From: the human T2T-CHM13v2.0 reference genome, Homo sapiens
Length of the DNA stretch: 64,000 nucleotides
Direction of reading: 5' to 3'
Assembly: GCA_009914755.4 (NCBI GenBank)
Contig: CP068257.2
Span: 5,952,001 to 6,016,000 of the forward strand
The number at the start of each line of letters is the position of its first letter. Position 1 is the first letter of the stretch. Below are positions 1 to 14,060 of this stretch, piece by piece. The position numbers were made by a program, and so were the translations under genes. The notes under the pieces are model-generated. The model saw only the letters and a program-made list of their open reading frames with translations, was not told the origin of the DNA and searched no databases.

Positions 1-3000
1 ATTCCACTCCATTCCATTCCATTCCATTCCATTCCAATCCATTCCATTCCATTTCATTCCATTCCATTGCATTCAATTCCTTACCATTCCATTACTCTCG
101 ATTCCATTCCATTTCATTCCATTCCATTCCATTCCATTCCATTCCATTCCATTCCATTCCATTCCATTCTATTCCAATTCTCTTGATTCCATTCCATTCC
201 ATTGCATTCCATTCCGGTCCAATCCATTCCACTCCACTCCAATTCACTCCTCTCCACTCCACTGCATTCCATTTCACTCCTCTCCATTCCATTACATTCC
301 TTTCCACTCCACTTAACTCCATACCACTACATTCATATCCACTCCATTCCATTCCACTCCATTCCATTACGGTCCATTCCATTCCACTCCACCCCTCCCC
401 ACTCCACTCCACTGCATTCCATTCTCACCAATTCATTCCCCTCCATTCCATTCCACTCCATTCCGTTCCACCCCATTCCATTGCAATCCATTCCATTCCA
501 TTCCATTCCACTCTACTCCAGTCCACTCCAATCTATTCCACTGCATTACATTCCAATCCATTTCTTTCCATTCCATTGAATTTCATTCCAATCGACCCAG
601 CTCCAATCCACTCCAATCCACTCAATTTATTTGCATTCCATTCCGTTCATTTTCATTCCGTTCCATTCTATTCCACTCCACTTATTTCCATTCCACTCCA
701 ACACACTCCATTCCATTCGTTTCCTTTCTATTTCATTCCATTCCATTCCATTCCATTCCATTCCATTCCACTCCTTCCCATTCCATTCTTTTCATTCCAT
801 TCCATTACACTCCACTGCACTGCATTTCTCTCCACTAAATTCCATTCCATACCATTCCATTCCATTGCTTTCCACTCCATTCCTTTCCATTCCATTCCAC
901 TGAATTCCCCTCCACTCCTTTGCATTCAACTCCACTCCATTTCGTTTCAGTACACTACTATCCGTTCCATTGCATTTCATTCCACTCCCCTCCATTGCAT
1001 TCATCTCCACTCCATTCCATTTCATGATACTGCACTCCCTTCCATTCCATACCAATCCATTCCACTCCATTCCATTCCATTCCGTTCTATTCCATTCCAT
1101 TCCATTCAATTCCACTTCAATCCATTCCATTCCATTCTGTTCCTTTCCATTCCATTCCATTCCATTGCATTCCGTTCTATTATATTCCATTCCATTCCAT
1201 TCCACTCCACTCCATTCCACTTCACTCCAGTCCATTCAACTCCATTCCATTCCATTCCACTCCACTCCATTCCATTCCAATCCACTCCTCTCTATTGCAC
1301 TCTATATTCCATCGCACTACAATACACTCCATTCCATTCCACTCCATTCAATTCCACTCCACTCCATTCCTTTCCACTCCACTGCATTCCATTCCAGTCC
1401 TTTCCATTCCATTCAAATCCATTCCACTTCATTCCACTCCATTCCATTCCTCTTCATTCCTCCCGACTCCATTCCAGTCCACTCCATTGCCTTCCATTCC
1501 ATTCCAATCGATTCCACTCCAGTACACTTCATTCCACCCCAATCCATTCCATTCCATTCAATTACCATCCACTCGACCTCACTCCACTGCACTCCATTCG
1601 ATTCCATTCCTTTCATTTCCATTCTACATCACTCAATTATATTTCACTCCATTCCATTCCACCCCATTCCATTCCTCTCCACTCCATTCCACACCATTAC
1701 TTTCCACTCCACTGCATACCCTTCCATTCCATTCAATCACATTCTATTCAATTTCATTCCACTCGACCCCACTCCACTCCACTCCAATCAATTCCATTGC
1801 TTCCATTCCATTCCGTTTCATTCCCATTCATTCCATTCCACTCCACTGAATTCCAATCCACTCCACCCCACGCCATTGCGTTTCATTCCATTCCATTCCA
1901 TTCCACTGCATTTCCTTCCATTCCACTCCATTCCATTCCAATGCACTCCACTGCACTACATTCCACTCCATTCCATTCCAATCCACTCCTCTCCTCACCA
2001 TTCCATTCCATTCCACTCCACTGCAGTCCATTCCATTCCTCTCTACTCCACTCCAATCCATTCCAATCCATTCCATTCCATCACATTCCATTCTATTACA
2101 CTGCATTGCATTCGATTCCATTTCATTGCATTCCATTCCTTTCATTCCATTTCTCTCTACTCCATTCCATACCACTCCACCCCACTCCACTCCATTCCAC
2201 ACCATTCCATTCCATTCCACTCTGTTCTGTTCCATTCCATTCCTCTCCACTCCATTCCACTCAATTTCATTCCACTCCACTCCACTCCATTGCATTCCAC
2301 TCCTCTTTATTCCACTCCATTCCATTCCACTCCACTCCATTTCGTTCCATTCCATTTCACTCCTCTCCATCCCTTTCAATATCATGCCAACGCACGCCCT
2401 TCCTCCCAATTCCATTCTATTCCTTTCCATTGCATTCCATTCCACTCCACTGCATTCTATTCCATTCAACTCCAATCCATTTCACTCCACTGCACTCCAC
2501 TCCATTCCATTCCATACCACTCCATTCTACGGTCTCCATTCCACCCCATTCCATTTCATTCCACCACACTCCATTCCATTCCATTCCATTCCATTCCATT
2601 CCATTCCGTCTATTCCATTCCACCCCACTCCATGGCACTCCAATCAACTCCATTCGAGTCCACTCCATTCCATTCCATTCTCTTCCACTCCACTCCATTC
2701 CGCTCCATTCCACTACATTCAATTCCATTCCACTTCCCTCGATTACATTCCATTCCATTCCAATCCACTCCATTCCATTCAATTCCACTCCACTGCATTC
2801 CATTCCATTCCAATCCATTCCATTGTCTTCCATTCCTTTCCATTCCATTTCATTCCATTGCATTGCATTCCATTCCATTCCACTCCACTCAGTTCCATTC
2901 CATTCGACTCCACTCCATTCCATTCCATCCCATTCCACTCCGCTCCACTCCATACCATTCCACTCCATTCCATTCCACTCCACTCCACTCATTTCCATTC

Positions 3001-6000
3001 CATTCCACTGCATTCCATTCCATTCCACTCCATTCCATTCCATTCCATTCCATTGCATTCCATTCCATTCCATTCCTTTCCCTTCCATTCCACTCCACTC
3101 TATTCCATTCCTTTACGTTCCACTCTATTCCACTCCATTCCATTCCATTCCATTCTATTCCATTCCCTTCCACTCCATTCCATTCCAGTCCTTTCTATGC
3201 CATTCCATTCCATTCCATTCCACTACACACCGTTCCATTCCATTACACTCCATTCCATTCCACTGAATTCCATTCCATTCCATTCAATTGCGTTCCAATC
3301 CATTCCACTCCACTCAGTTCCATTCCATTCCACTCCACTCCAATCCATTCCATCCCCTTGCTCTCCACTCCACTCCATAAAATTCAACTCCAGTACATTC
3401 CACTCCAATCCACACAGTTCCATTCCATTCCACTCCATTCCATTCCATTCGATAACATTTCATTCCATTCCACTCCATTCCATTCCATTCCTTTCGATTC
3501 CATTCAATTGCGCTCTACTCAATTCCATTCCACTCCACCCCACTACATTCCATTCCATTCCATTTCATTCCATTCCGTTCAATTTCATTTCATTCTTTCC
3601 ATACCATTCCATTACACTCCATTCCATTCCATTCCACTCCATTTCCTTCCATTCCACTCCAGTCCACCACATTCCACTCCAATCCATTCCACTCTACTCC
3701 CCTCTTCTCCATTCCATTCCATTCCATTCCGTTCCACTACACCCCAGTCCATTCCATTTCATTCCACTCCACTCCACGCCTTTCCAATCCATTTCAATGC
3801 ATCACATGCCATTCAATTTCAATGCATTCCATTCGATTCCATTCCACTCCATTTCACTCCACACTATTCCATACCACTCAATCCCACTCCACTCTATTCC
3901 ACTCTATTCCATTCAATTCCACTCCACTCCATTCCATTCCACTCCATTCCACTCCACTTCATTCCACTCCACTCCACTCCATTCCATTCCACTCCTCTCT
4001 ATTCCGCTCTATTGAATTCCATTCCATTGCACTCCACTCCATTCCGTTCGATTGCATTCCATCCAACTGCCCTCCTTCCCGTTCCATTCCATTCCTTTCC
4101 ATTCCATTCCATTCTCCTCTACTTCATTTCTTTCCACTCCACTCCACTCCATTCCATTCCATTCCATTCCATTCCACTACGCTCCATTCCATTCCATACC
4201 ACTCTACTCCACCCATTCAATTCCATCCCATTCCATTTCATTACAACACACTGTACTCCATTCCATTCTGCTCTTTTCCATTCCACGCCACTCCCTTCCA
4301 CTCCACTCATCTCCATTTCATTCCACTCCATTCCATTCCATTCCATTCCACTCCAAACCATTACACTCCATTCCACTACATTCCATTCCATTCCACTACC
4401 CTCGTTTATATTCCATTCCATTCCACTCCCCTCCATTCCATTCAATTCAACTGCACTCCATTCTATTCCATTCCACTCCATTCCATTGCATTCCATTCCT
4501 TTCCATTCCATTCCACTCCACTCAATTCCATTCCGTTCCTCTCCACTCCATTCCGTTCCATCCCTTTCCACTCCACTCAACTCCATACCATTCCCCTTCA
4601 TTCCATTCCACTGCACTCCACACAGTTCCATTCCATTCCACTCCATTCCATTCCAATCCTTCCGATTCCATTCCATTCCATTCCTTTCCATTCCATTCCA
4701 TTCCACTCTATGCCATTCCATTCCTTTCCATTCCATTCCACTACAGTCAATTCTGTTCCTTTCCATTCCACTCCACTCCATTCCATTCCATTCTTCTCCA
4801 TTCCATTCCACTCCATTCCATTCCATTCCATTCCATTCCATTCCATTCAATTCCATTCCATTCCACTCCTTTTAATTCCATTCCTTTCCATTCCATTCCA
4901 TTGCACTGCACACCGTTTCATTTCATTCCACTCCATTCCATTCCACTCCTTTCAATTCCATTCCATTCTTTTCCACTCCACTCCATTCCATTCCATTCCA
5001 CTCCATTCCATTCCATTCATTTCCTTTCCATTCCATTCCTTTCTATTCCATTCCACTCCATTCAATTCCACTCCTCTCAATTCAACTCCATTCTCCTCTA
5101 CTCCACTACAATCCACTCTTCTCCATTCCATTCCATTCCATTCCACTGCACTTCAGTCCATTCCAATCCATTCCATTCCATTCCCCTCCACTCCACTCAA
5201 CTCCATTCCACTCCATTCCATTCCGACCTATTCCTTTCCACTGCACTCCATTCCACTCCATTCCACTCCAATCTATTCCATTCCATTCCCTTCCATTCCA
5301 CTATAATTCCTTCCATTCCATTCCAGTCCACTCCATTCCACTCCAATCCATTCCACTTCATTCCACTGCACACCACTGCATTCCATTCCATTCCATTTCA
5401 TTCTATTCAATTTCATTCCACAAATCCCCACTACATTCCAGTCTACTCCACTCCATTCCATTCCATTTCATTAAATTCCGTTCAATTCCATTGCATTCCA
5501 ATCTACCGCATTCCATTCCACTCCAACCCACTCCATTCCATTCCTTTCCGTCTCATTCCATTCCATTCCATTTGATTCCATTCCCTTCCATCCCATTCCC
5601 CTCCATTCCATTACATTCCACTCCCTTCCCTTCCAATGGGTTCCATTCCACCACATTCCTCTCCAATCCATTCCAATCCTCTCTATTCCATTCCATTCGA
5701 TTCCATTCCACACCACTCCCCTCCTCCCCTTTCCGTTCCATTGCAATCCATTCCATTCCATTCCAATCTGTTCGATTCCAATCCATTGAATTACATTCTA
5801 TTCCACTTAACTCAATTCCCTTCCATTCCACTCAAATCCACTTCATTCAACCCCATTCCTTTCCATTCCTTTCCATTGCCTTTCATTTATTTACCATCCA
5901 CCCGATCCCACTCCACTGCACTCCACTCCACTACATTCCACTCCACTCCACTGAACTCCATTCCACTTCATTCCATTCCACCCCATTCCATTCCACTCCA

Positions 6001-6108
6001 CTCCCTTCCACTCTATTCCAGTCCAATCCATTCCATTCCATTCCATTCCACTCTATTCCATTCCATTCCATTCAACTCCACGTCATTCCACTCCATTCGA
6101 TTCCACTC

Positions 6109-6268
6109 CACAGCGTTCCTTTCCTTTCCATTCCATTCCATCCCATTCTTTTCAATTTCATTTTACTCGACCCCAATCCATTCCACACCACAGCGTTCCT
6201 TTCCTTTCCATTCCATTCCATCCCATTCTTTTCAATTTCATTTTACTCGACCTCACTCCATTCCACAC
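6109..6268. repeat. 80-bp tandem duplication inside the satellite (2 copies)
   Basis: 'cacagcgttcctttcctttccattccattccatcccattcttttcaatttcattttactcgacc(c/t)ca...ccacacca' occurs twice back-to-back, at 6109-6188 and 6189-6268. Confidence 0.85.
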
Positions 6269-6559
6269 CACTCCAATCAATTTCATTGCTTCCATTCCAT
6301 TCTGTTCCATTCCAGTCCTTTCCATTCCACTCCATTCAAATCTATTGAATTCAACTGCACACCATGCAATTCCATTCCATTCCATACCTATCCATTCCCT
6401 TCCACTCCATTCCATTCCAATCTACTCCACTCCACTACATTCCTCTACATTCCATTGCACTCCACTCTACTCTACTCTATTCCGTTCCATTCCTCTCCAC
6501 TCCGGTCAATTCTACTCCATTGCATTCCATTTCGTTCGATTCATTTCAAATGCATTGTT

Positions 6560-7700
6560 TTCACCTCCATTCCAATCCATTCCATTCCACTCCACTCCAC
6601 TCCATTCTATTCCACTCCTCCCCATTCCACTCCATTCCATTCCACTCCTCGCCATTCCATTCTATTCCATTTCACTCCACTCCATTCCATTACATTGCAT
6701 TCCACCCCACTCCCCTCCTCCCAATTTCACTCCACTCCTTTCCATTCCATTCCATTGCCCTCCACTCCATTCCATTCTAATCCACTCCACTCCATTCCAT
6801 TCCATTCCATTCCATTCCATTCCATTTCACTACACTCCGTTCCATTGCATGACACTAAATTCCACCCACTTCATTCCATCCCGTTCCATTTCATTCCACC
6901 ACATTCCATTCCACTTTATTCCATTCCAACCCACTCCATTCCACTCCACTCAACTCCATTCCAGTCCACTCCATTCCTTTCCACTCCATACCATTCCACT
7001 CTACTCCACTCCCATCCATTCCAGTCCATTCCATTCCTCTCCACTCCATTCCAATCCATTCCAATCCATTCCATTCCATTTCACTCATCTCGTTTACATT
7101 CAATTTCATTCCACTCTAATCCTTTACAGTCTATTCCAATCCACTCCAATCCATTCCCTTCCATTCCACTCCATTCCTTTGTATTCCATTCCATTCCATT
7201 CCATTACAATCCATTCCATTCCGTTCCAATCCTTTCCAATCCATTCCATTCCATTCCATTGAATTCCATTCCATTTCACTCCACTCAATTCCATTCCATT
7301 CCACTCCACTCCATTCTACTCCATGCCATTGCATTCTATTCCACTCCTTTCCATTCCAGCCCACTCCATTACATTCCACTCCATTCCATTCCATTCCATT
7401 CCTTTGAATTCAATTCCATTCCACTAAACTAAATTCCATTCAATTCCACTCCACCCCAATTCACTCCAATACACTCCATTCCATTCCATTCCAATCTATT
7501 TCACTCTACTCCATTTCATTCAATTCCACTCCATTGCATTCCATTCCATTCCATTCCATTCCAATCCATTGAATTCCTTTCCATTCCAGTCCACTCCATT
7601 CCATTCCACTCTACTCCATTTTGCTCCATTCAATTCCATTCCATTCCTTTCCTTTCCATTCCATTCCACTCTACTCCATTCTATTCCATTCCACTCCATT
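6560..7700. repeat. Copy 1 of a ~6.3-kb higher-order repeat periodicity within domain 1
   Basis: Long diagnostic strings recur ~6,330-6,350 bp downstream at 12,900-14,060. Examples are 'cccactcccctcctcccaat', 'tcactcat(c/g)tc(g/a)tttacattc' and 'cctttgaattc(a)attccattccactaaactaaattcc'. Confidence 0.75.
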
Positions 7701-10700
7701 CCATTCCATTCTATTCCATTCCGTTTCTTTCCATCACACGGAATTCCATTCCATTCCACTCCACTCCATTCCATTCCATTCCACTCCACTCCATTCCATT
7801 CCATTCCACTCCACTCCATTCCATTCCATTCCACTCCATTCCAATGCATTCAATTCCTTTCCTTTCCATTCAATTCCATTCTATTCCATTCAATTGAATT
7901 CCATTCCATTCCCCTCCACTCAATTCCATTCCATTCCACTCCACTCCATTCCACTGCATTCCATTCCATTCCATTCCTTTCCATTCCTTTTCAATCCATT
8001 CCTTTCCATTCCCCTCCATTCCGTTCCATTCCATTCCACTCCTTTCAATTCCATTCCATTCAATTCCATTCCATCCTACTGAATTCCATTCCATTCCACT
8101 ATACTAAATTTCATTCCATTCCACTCGATGCCAGTTCACTCCACTCCATTCCATTCCTTTCCATTCCAATCTATTCCAGTCCACCCAATTTCATTCTATT
8201 CCATTCCATTCCATTCCACTCCATTCCATTCCACTCCACTCCATTCCATTCCACTCGACTCCATTCCATTCCATTCAATTCCACTCATCTCCTTTCCATT
8301 CCTTTCCACTCCATTCCATTCCTTGGCATTCCACTCAACTCCATTCCATTCCTTTCAACTCCATTCCATTCCATTTCATTTTATTCCTTTCCATTCCAAT
8401 CCATTGAATTCAATTCCATTCAACTGCACTCCATTCTATTCCAGTCCACTCCATTCCACTCCATTCCATTCCATTCCATTCCATTCCATTCCATTCCATT
8501 CCATTCCATTCCAATTTATTCCTATCTATTCCATTCCACTCCACTCCTTTCTATTCCATTCCATTCCATTCCATTCCATTCCATTCCATTCCATTGCACT
8601 CTACTCCATTCCATTCTGTTCCACTCCACTCCATTCCATTGAATTCCCTTCCATTCCACTCCATTCCATTCCATTCCACCCGACCCCACCCCATCCCACT
8701 CCACTCCATTCCATTCCATTCCATTTCATTCCATTTCCTTTCATTACAATACATTCCACTGCTTTCCCTTCCATTACACTACATTCCATTCTAATCCAGT
8801 CCATTCCACTTCATTCCACTCCATTCCATTCCTGTCCACTGTCCCCCTCTCCATTCTATTCGGTTCCAATCCATTCCGTTCCCTTCCATTCCGTTCGATT
8901 CCATTCCATTCCATTCCACTCCACTCCACTACATTCCACTTCACTCCATTCCATTCAACTCCACTCCTTTCCTTTCCATTCCACTCCTCTCCATTCCACT
9001 CTATGCCATTGCACTCCACACCACTCCATTCCATTCCACTCCATTCCATTCCAATCCACTCCGCTGCATTCCGCTTCATTACAATCCATTCCATTCCACT
9101 TCATTCCACTGGTCTCCATTCCACTCCATTCCATTCCATTCCATTCCATTCCATTCCATTCCATTCCATTCCATACACTCCACTCCATTCCATTCCATTC
9201 CATTCCTCAAATCCACTTCTTTCCACCTCATTGCATTCCATTCCATTCAATTTCCATCCAGTGGAACCCACTCTTCTTCACTTCACTCCAATCCGTTCCA
9301 TTGCTTTCCATTTCATTGCATTCCATTCCAATCCACTCATCTCTCTTCCACTCCATTCAATTCTTCCCCATTCCATTCCTCTCCACTGCATACCACTCCA
9401 TTCCACTCCCATCCAGTCCATTGCATTCCACTCTAATGCATTCCATTCCATTCCACTCCACGCAATTCCCCTGCATTCCATTCCACTCCACTGCATGCCC
9501 TTCCTTTCCATTGCATTCCATTTTATTCAATTTCATTCCACTCGACCCCACTCCACTCCACTCCACTGCAATCAATTCCATTGATTCCATTCCATTCCTT
9601 TCCATTCCAGTCGTTTGCTGTCCACTCCACTCAATTCCATTACACTCTACCGAACGCAATTCCATTCCATTCCATTCCATTACAATCCATTCCATTCCTT
9701 TCCAATGCATTTCATTTCATTATACTCCATTCCATTCCAATCCACTCCTCTCCTCTCCATTCCATTCCATTCTATTCCATTCCATTTCATTCCATTCCAC
9801 TCTACTCCAGTATATTCCTTTCCACTACACTCCACTTCACTCCATTCCAATCCATTCCATTCCATCATATTCCATTCAATTTCACTGCATTCCTTTCGAT
9901 TCCTTTCCATGCCATTCCTCTCCACTCCACTCCATTTCATTCAATTCCACTTCATTCCATTCAATGACACTACACTCCGTTGCACTCCATACCAATCCAT
10001 TCCACTCCATTCCATTCCATTCCATTCCATTCCATTCCATTCCATTCCATTCCATTCCATCACACTCCTTTCCATTACATTACTCTCTACTCCATTGCAC
10101 TCCACTGCATTCCAATCCACAGAACTCCATTTCATTCCCCTCCTTTTCATTCCAATCTATATCATTCCACTCCACTCCATTCCATTCCATTCCATTCCAC
10201 CACACTCCTTTCCATTACATTCTAACTCTACTCCATTCCACTCCACTCCAATGCAATCCACTCCAATCCATTCCATTCCCATCCATTTCATTCCAATCTA
10301 TACCTTTCCTCTCCACTCCATTCCATTCCATTTCATCGCACTACACTCCTTTCCATTCCATTCCACTCCTTTCCATTCCACTCCAATCCCCTTCTTTACA
10401 TTCCATTCCATTCCATTTCATTACATTCCGTTCCGTTCCTTTCCATTCCAATCCACTCCAATACATTCCATTTCACTCCATTTCATTCCATTCTATTCCA
10501 CTCTACTCCATTCCATTCTATTCCACTACATTCCGTTCCATTCCACTCCATTCCATTCCATTCCATTCCACTCCACTTCATTCCATTCCATTCCCATCCA
10601 TTCCATTCCTTTCCACCCCACTTCCCTCCTCATTCCATTCCATTCCATTCCATTCTATTCCTCTCCAACCCATTCCATTCCTGTACACTCCATTCCATTT

Positions 10701-11589
10701 AATTCCATTCCATACCACTCCATTCCATTACACTCCATTCCATTCCATTCTACTCCATTCCACACCACTTCATTCAATTCCATTCCTTTCCACGTCACCC
10801 ATTCCGTTCTATTCTACTCTACTCCTTTCCTCTCCACTCAACTCCATTACATTCCACTCCTTTCGATTCCATTCCTTTGTATTCCATTCCATTCCATTCC
10901 ATTCCGCTCCATTCCATACCACTCCTTTCCACTCTACTACATTCTGTTCCACTCCATATCATTCGTTTCCAATTCGTTCCATTCCATTCCACTCCACTCC
11001 TTTCCTCTCCACTCCATTCCACTCCAATCCCCTCACTTACATTCCATTCCACTGTAATCCATTCCATTCCACTCCACTCCATTCCACTCCATTCCATTTC
11101 ACTCAACTGCATTCCATACCATTACATTCTATTGCATTCCATTCCATTCTTTTCAATTTCATTCCACTCGACCCCAATCCACAGAACTCCACTCCAATCA
11201 ATTCTATTGCTTCCATGCCATTCCGTTCCATTGCAATCCGTTCCATTCCACTCCACTCAAATCCATTCCAATCCAACCCACGTAGTTCGATTCCATTATA
11301 TTCCAATCATTGCCATTCCATTCCATTCTCCTCTATTTCATTCCTTTCCACTCCACTCCAGTTCATTCCACTCCATTCCATTCCACTCCACTTCCTACCT
11401 CTGCATTCCATTCCATTCCACTCCACTAAGTTCCATTCCATTCCACTCCACTGCATTCCATTCCATCCATTCCACACCACTCCACTCCATAGCATTCCAC
11501 TCCATTCCATTCCACTCCACTCCACACAGTTCCATTCCTTTCCACTCCATTCCATTCCATTCGCTTCCATTCCATTCCATTCCACTCCA

Positions 11590-11875
11590 TTCCATTCCAA
11601 TCCACTCCATTCCATTCCACTCCACTAAATTCCATTCCGTTCCATTCCACTCCACTCCATTCCTCTTCATTTCACTCCATTCCATTCCATTCCATTCCAT
11701 TCCACTCCATTCCATTTCATTCCACTCCATTCCATTCCAATCCACTCCATTCCATTCCACTCCACTAAATTCCATTCCGTTCCATTCCACTCCACTCCAT
11801 TCCTCTTCATTTCACTCCATTCCATTCCATTCCATTCCATTCCATTCCATTCCATTCCACTCCATTCCATTTCAT
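11590..11875. repeat. ~140-bp tandem duplication within the satellite
   Basis: 'tccactaaattccattccgttccattccactccactccattcctcttcatttcactccattccattcc' occurs at 11,621 and again at 11,761. Confidence 0.7.
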
Positions 11876-12899
11876 TCCATTCCATTCCATTCCACTCCAT
11901 TCCATTTCATTCCATTCCATTCCATTCCATTCCATTCCACTCCATTCCATTTCATTCCATTCCATTCCACTCCATTCCATTCCACTCCATTCCATTTCAT
12001 TCCATTCCATTCCACTCCATTCCATTCCACTCCATTCCATTTCATTCCATTCCATTCCACTCCATTCCATTTCATTCCATTCCATTCCACTACACACCGT
12101 TTCATTCCATTCCAATCCATTCCATTCAACTCAATTCCATTCCATTCCATTCCACTCCACTCAGTTTCATTCCATTCCACTCCACTCCATTCCATTGCAT
12201 CCCATTCCACTCCACTCAACTCCATACCAATCCACTGCTTTCCATTCCACTCCACACATTTCCATTTCATTCCACTCCATTCCACTCCATTTGATAACAT
12301 TCCATTCCATTCCACTCCATTCCAGTCCATTCCATTCTCTTCCATTCCATTCCTTTCCTTTCCATTCCACTCCACTCCAATCCATTCCTTTCCATGCCAC
12401 TCGACTACTTTCCTTTCCATTTCACTCCATTCCATTCCATTCCATTCCATTCCATTCCATTCCTTTCCATTCTATTCCATTCCATTCAATTCCATTCCAT
12501 TCCATTCCATTCCATTCCATTCCATTCCATTCCATTCCATTCTACTCCATTCCATTCTATTCCATTCCATTCAATTCCATTCCATTCCATTCCATTCAAT
12601 TCCACTACACACCATTCCATTCCATTGCACTCCCTTCCATTCCACTCAATTCCAATCCATTCGGTTCCATTCCATTCCATTCCATTCCTCTCCACTTCAT
12701 TCCATTCCATTCCATTCCATTCCATTCCATTCCATTCTCTTCCACTCCACTCAATTCCACTCTATTCTCCTCCACTCCACTACATTCCACTGCTCTCCAT
12801 TCCATTCCATTCCACTCCGCTGCATTCCACACAATTCCACTACATTCTATTCCATCACATTCCCTTCAATTCCACTGTATTGCATTTGATTAAATTCCA

Positions 12900-14060
12900 T
12901 TCCGTTCCGTTCCACTCCTCTCCACTCGATTCCATTCCACTACTCCCCATTCCACTCCTTTCCATTCTGCTCCTCACCATTCTGTTCCATTCCATTTCAC
13001 TCCACTTCATACCATTTCATTGCATTCCATCCCACTCCCCTCCTCCCAATTCCATTCCATTCCTTTCCATTCCATTCCAGTACCCTCCTCTCCATTCCAT
13101 TCCCCTCCACTCCACTACACTCCATTCCATTCCATTCCATTCCATTCCATTCCATTCCATTCCATTCCATTCCACTACGCTCCATTCCATTGCATATCAC
13201 TCCATTCAACCCACTTCATTCCATCCTATTCCATTTCATTCCACACACTCCATTCCATTCCACTCTATTCCCTTCCAACCCACTCCATTCCACTCCACTT
13301 AACTCCATTCCAGTCCGCTCCTTTCCTTTTCACTCCATACCATTCCAGTCCACTTCACTCCAATCCATTAAATTCCATTCCATTCTGCTCCATTCCATTA
13401 CAATCCATTCCACTCCATTCCATTCCATTTCACTCATGTCATTTACATTCCATTCCGTTCCACTCCAATCCTTTCCATTCCATTCTATTCCACTCCAATC
13501 CATTCTATTCCATTCCACTCCATTCCATTGCATTCCATTCTATTCCATTCCGTTCCATTCCATTGAATTCCATTCCATTTCACTCCACTCAATTCTATTC
13601 CATTCCCCTCCATTCCATTGCGTTCCATTCCATTCTTTTCCATTCCACTCCACTCCGTTGCATTCCACTCCATTCCATTCCATTCCATTCCGTTCCTTTG
13701 AATTCCATTCCATTCCACTAAACTAAATTCCATTCCATTCAGCTCGACCCCAGTTCACTCCACTCAACTCCATTCTATTCCATTTCAATCTATTTCACTC
13801 TAGTCAATTCCATTCCATTCCATTCCACTCCACTAGATTCCATTCCACTCCATTCCATTACACTCCACTCCATTCCATTCCATTCCCCTCCATTCCATTC
13901 CATTCCATTCCATTCCATTCCATTCCATTCAATTACAATCAATTGAATTCCTTTCCATTCCATCCCACTCCTTTCCATTCCACTATGCTCCATTCCACTA
14001 CTTACCATTGCATTCCATTCCATTCCCTTCCATTCCATTCCATTTCATTCCATTCCATTC
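12900..14060. repeat. Copy 2 of the ~6.3-kb higher-order repeat periodicity
   Basis: Matches 6,560-7,700 landmark by landmark (see copy 1). ORF-track peptides from 6891..7109(-) and 13330..13533(-) share 'NVN(E/D)MSEMEWNG'. Confidence 0.75.

Noticed and set aside
183-11628. Very long ORFs in the six-frame track (for example 183..3266 at 1027 aa, 970..4875 at 1301 aa, 8128..11628 at 1166 aa) with repetitive ...IPFHS... proteins on + and ...MEWNG... on -
   Set aside because: They are artefacts of the ATTCC/GGAAT pentamer. Five is coprime to three, so all three frames on a strand cycle through the same five codons. None of those codons is TAA, TAG or TGA, and the - strand contains ATG in every unit. 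The low-complexity periodic 'proteins' overlap on both strands everywhere. They show no codon-usage structure, and frame breaks coincide with random point variants. They are not genes.
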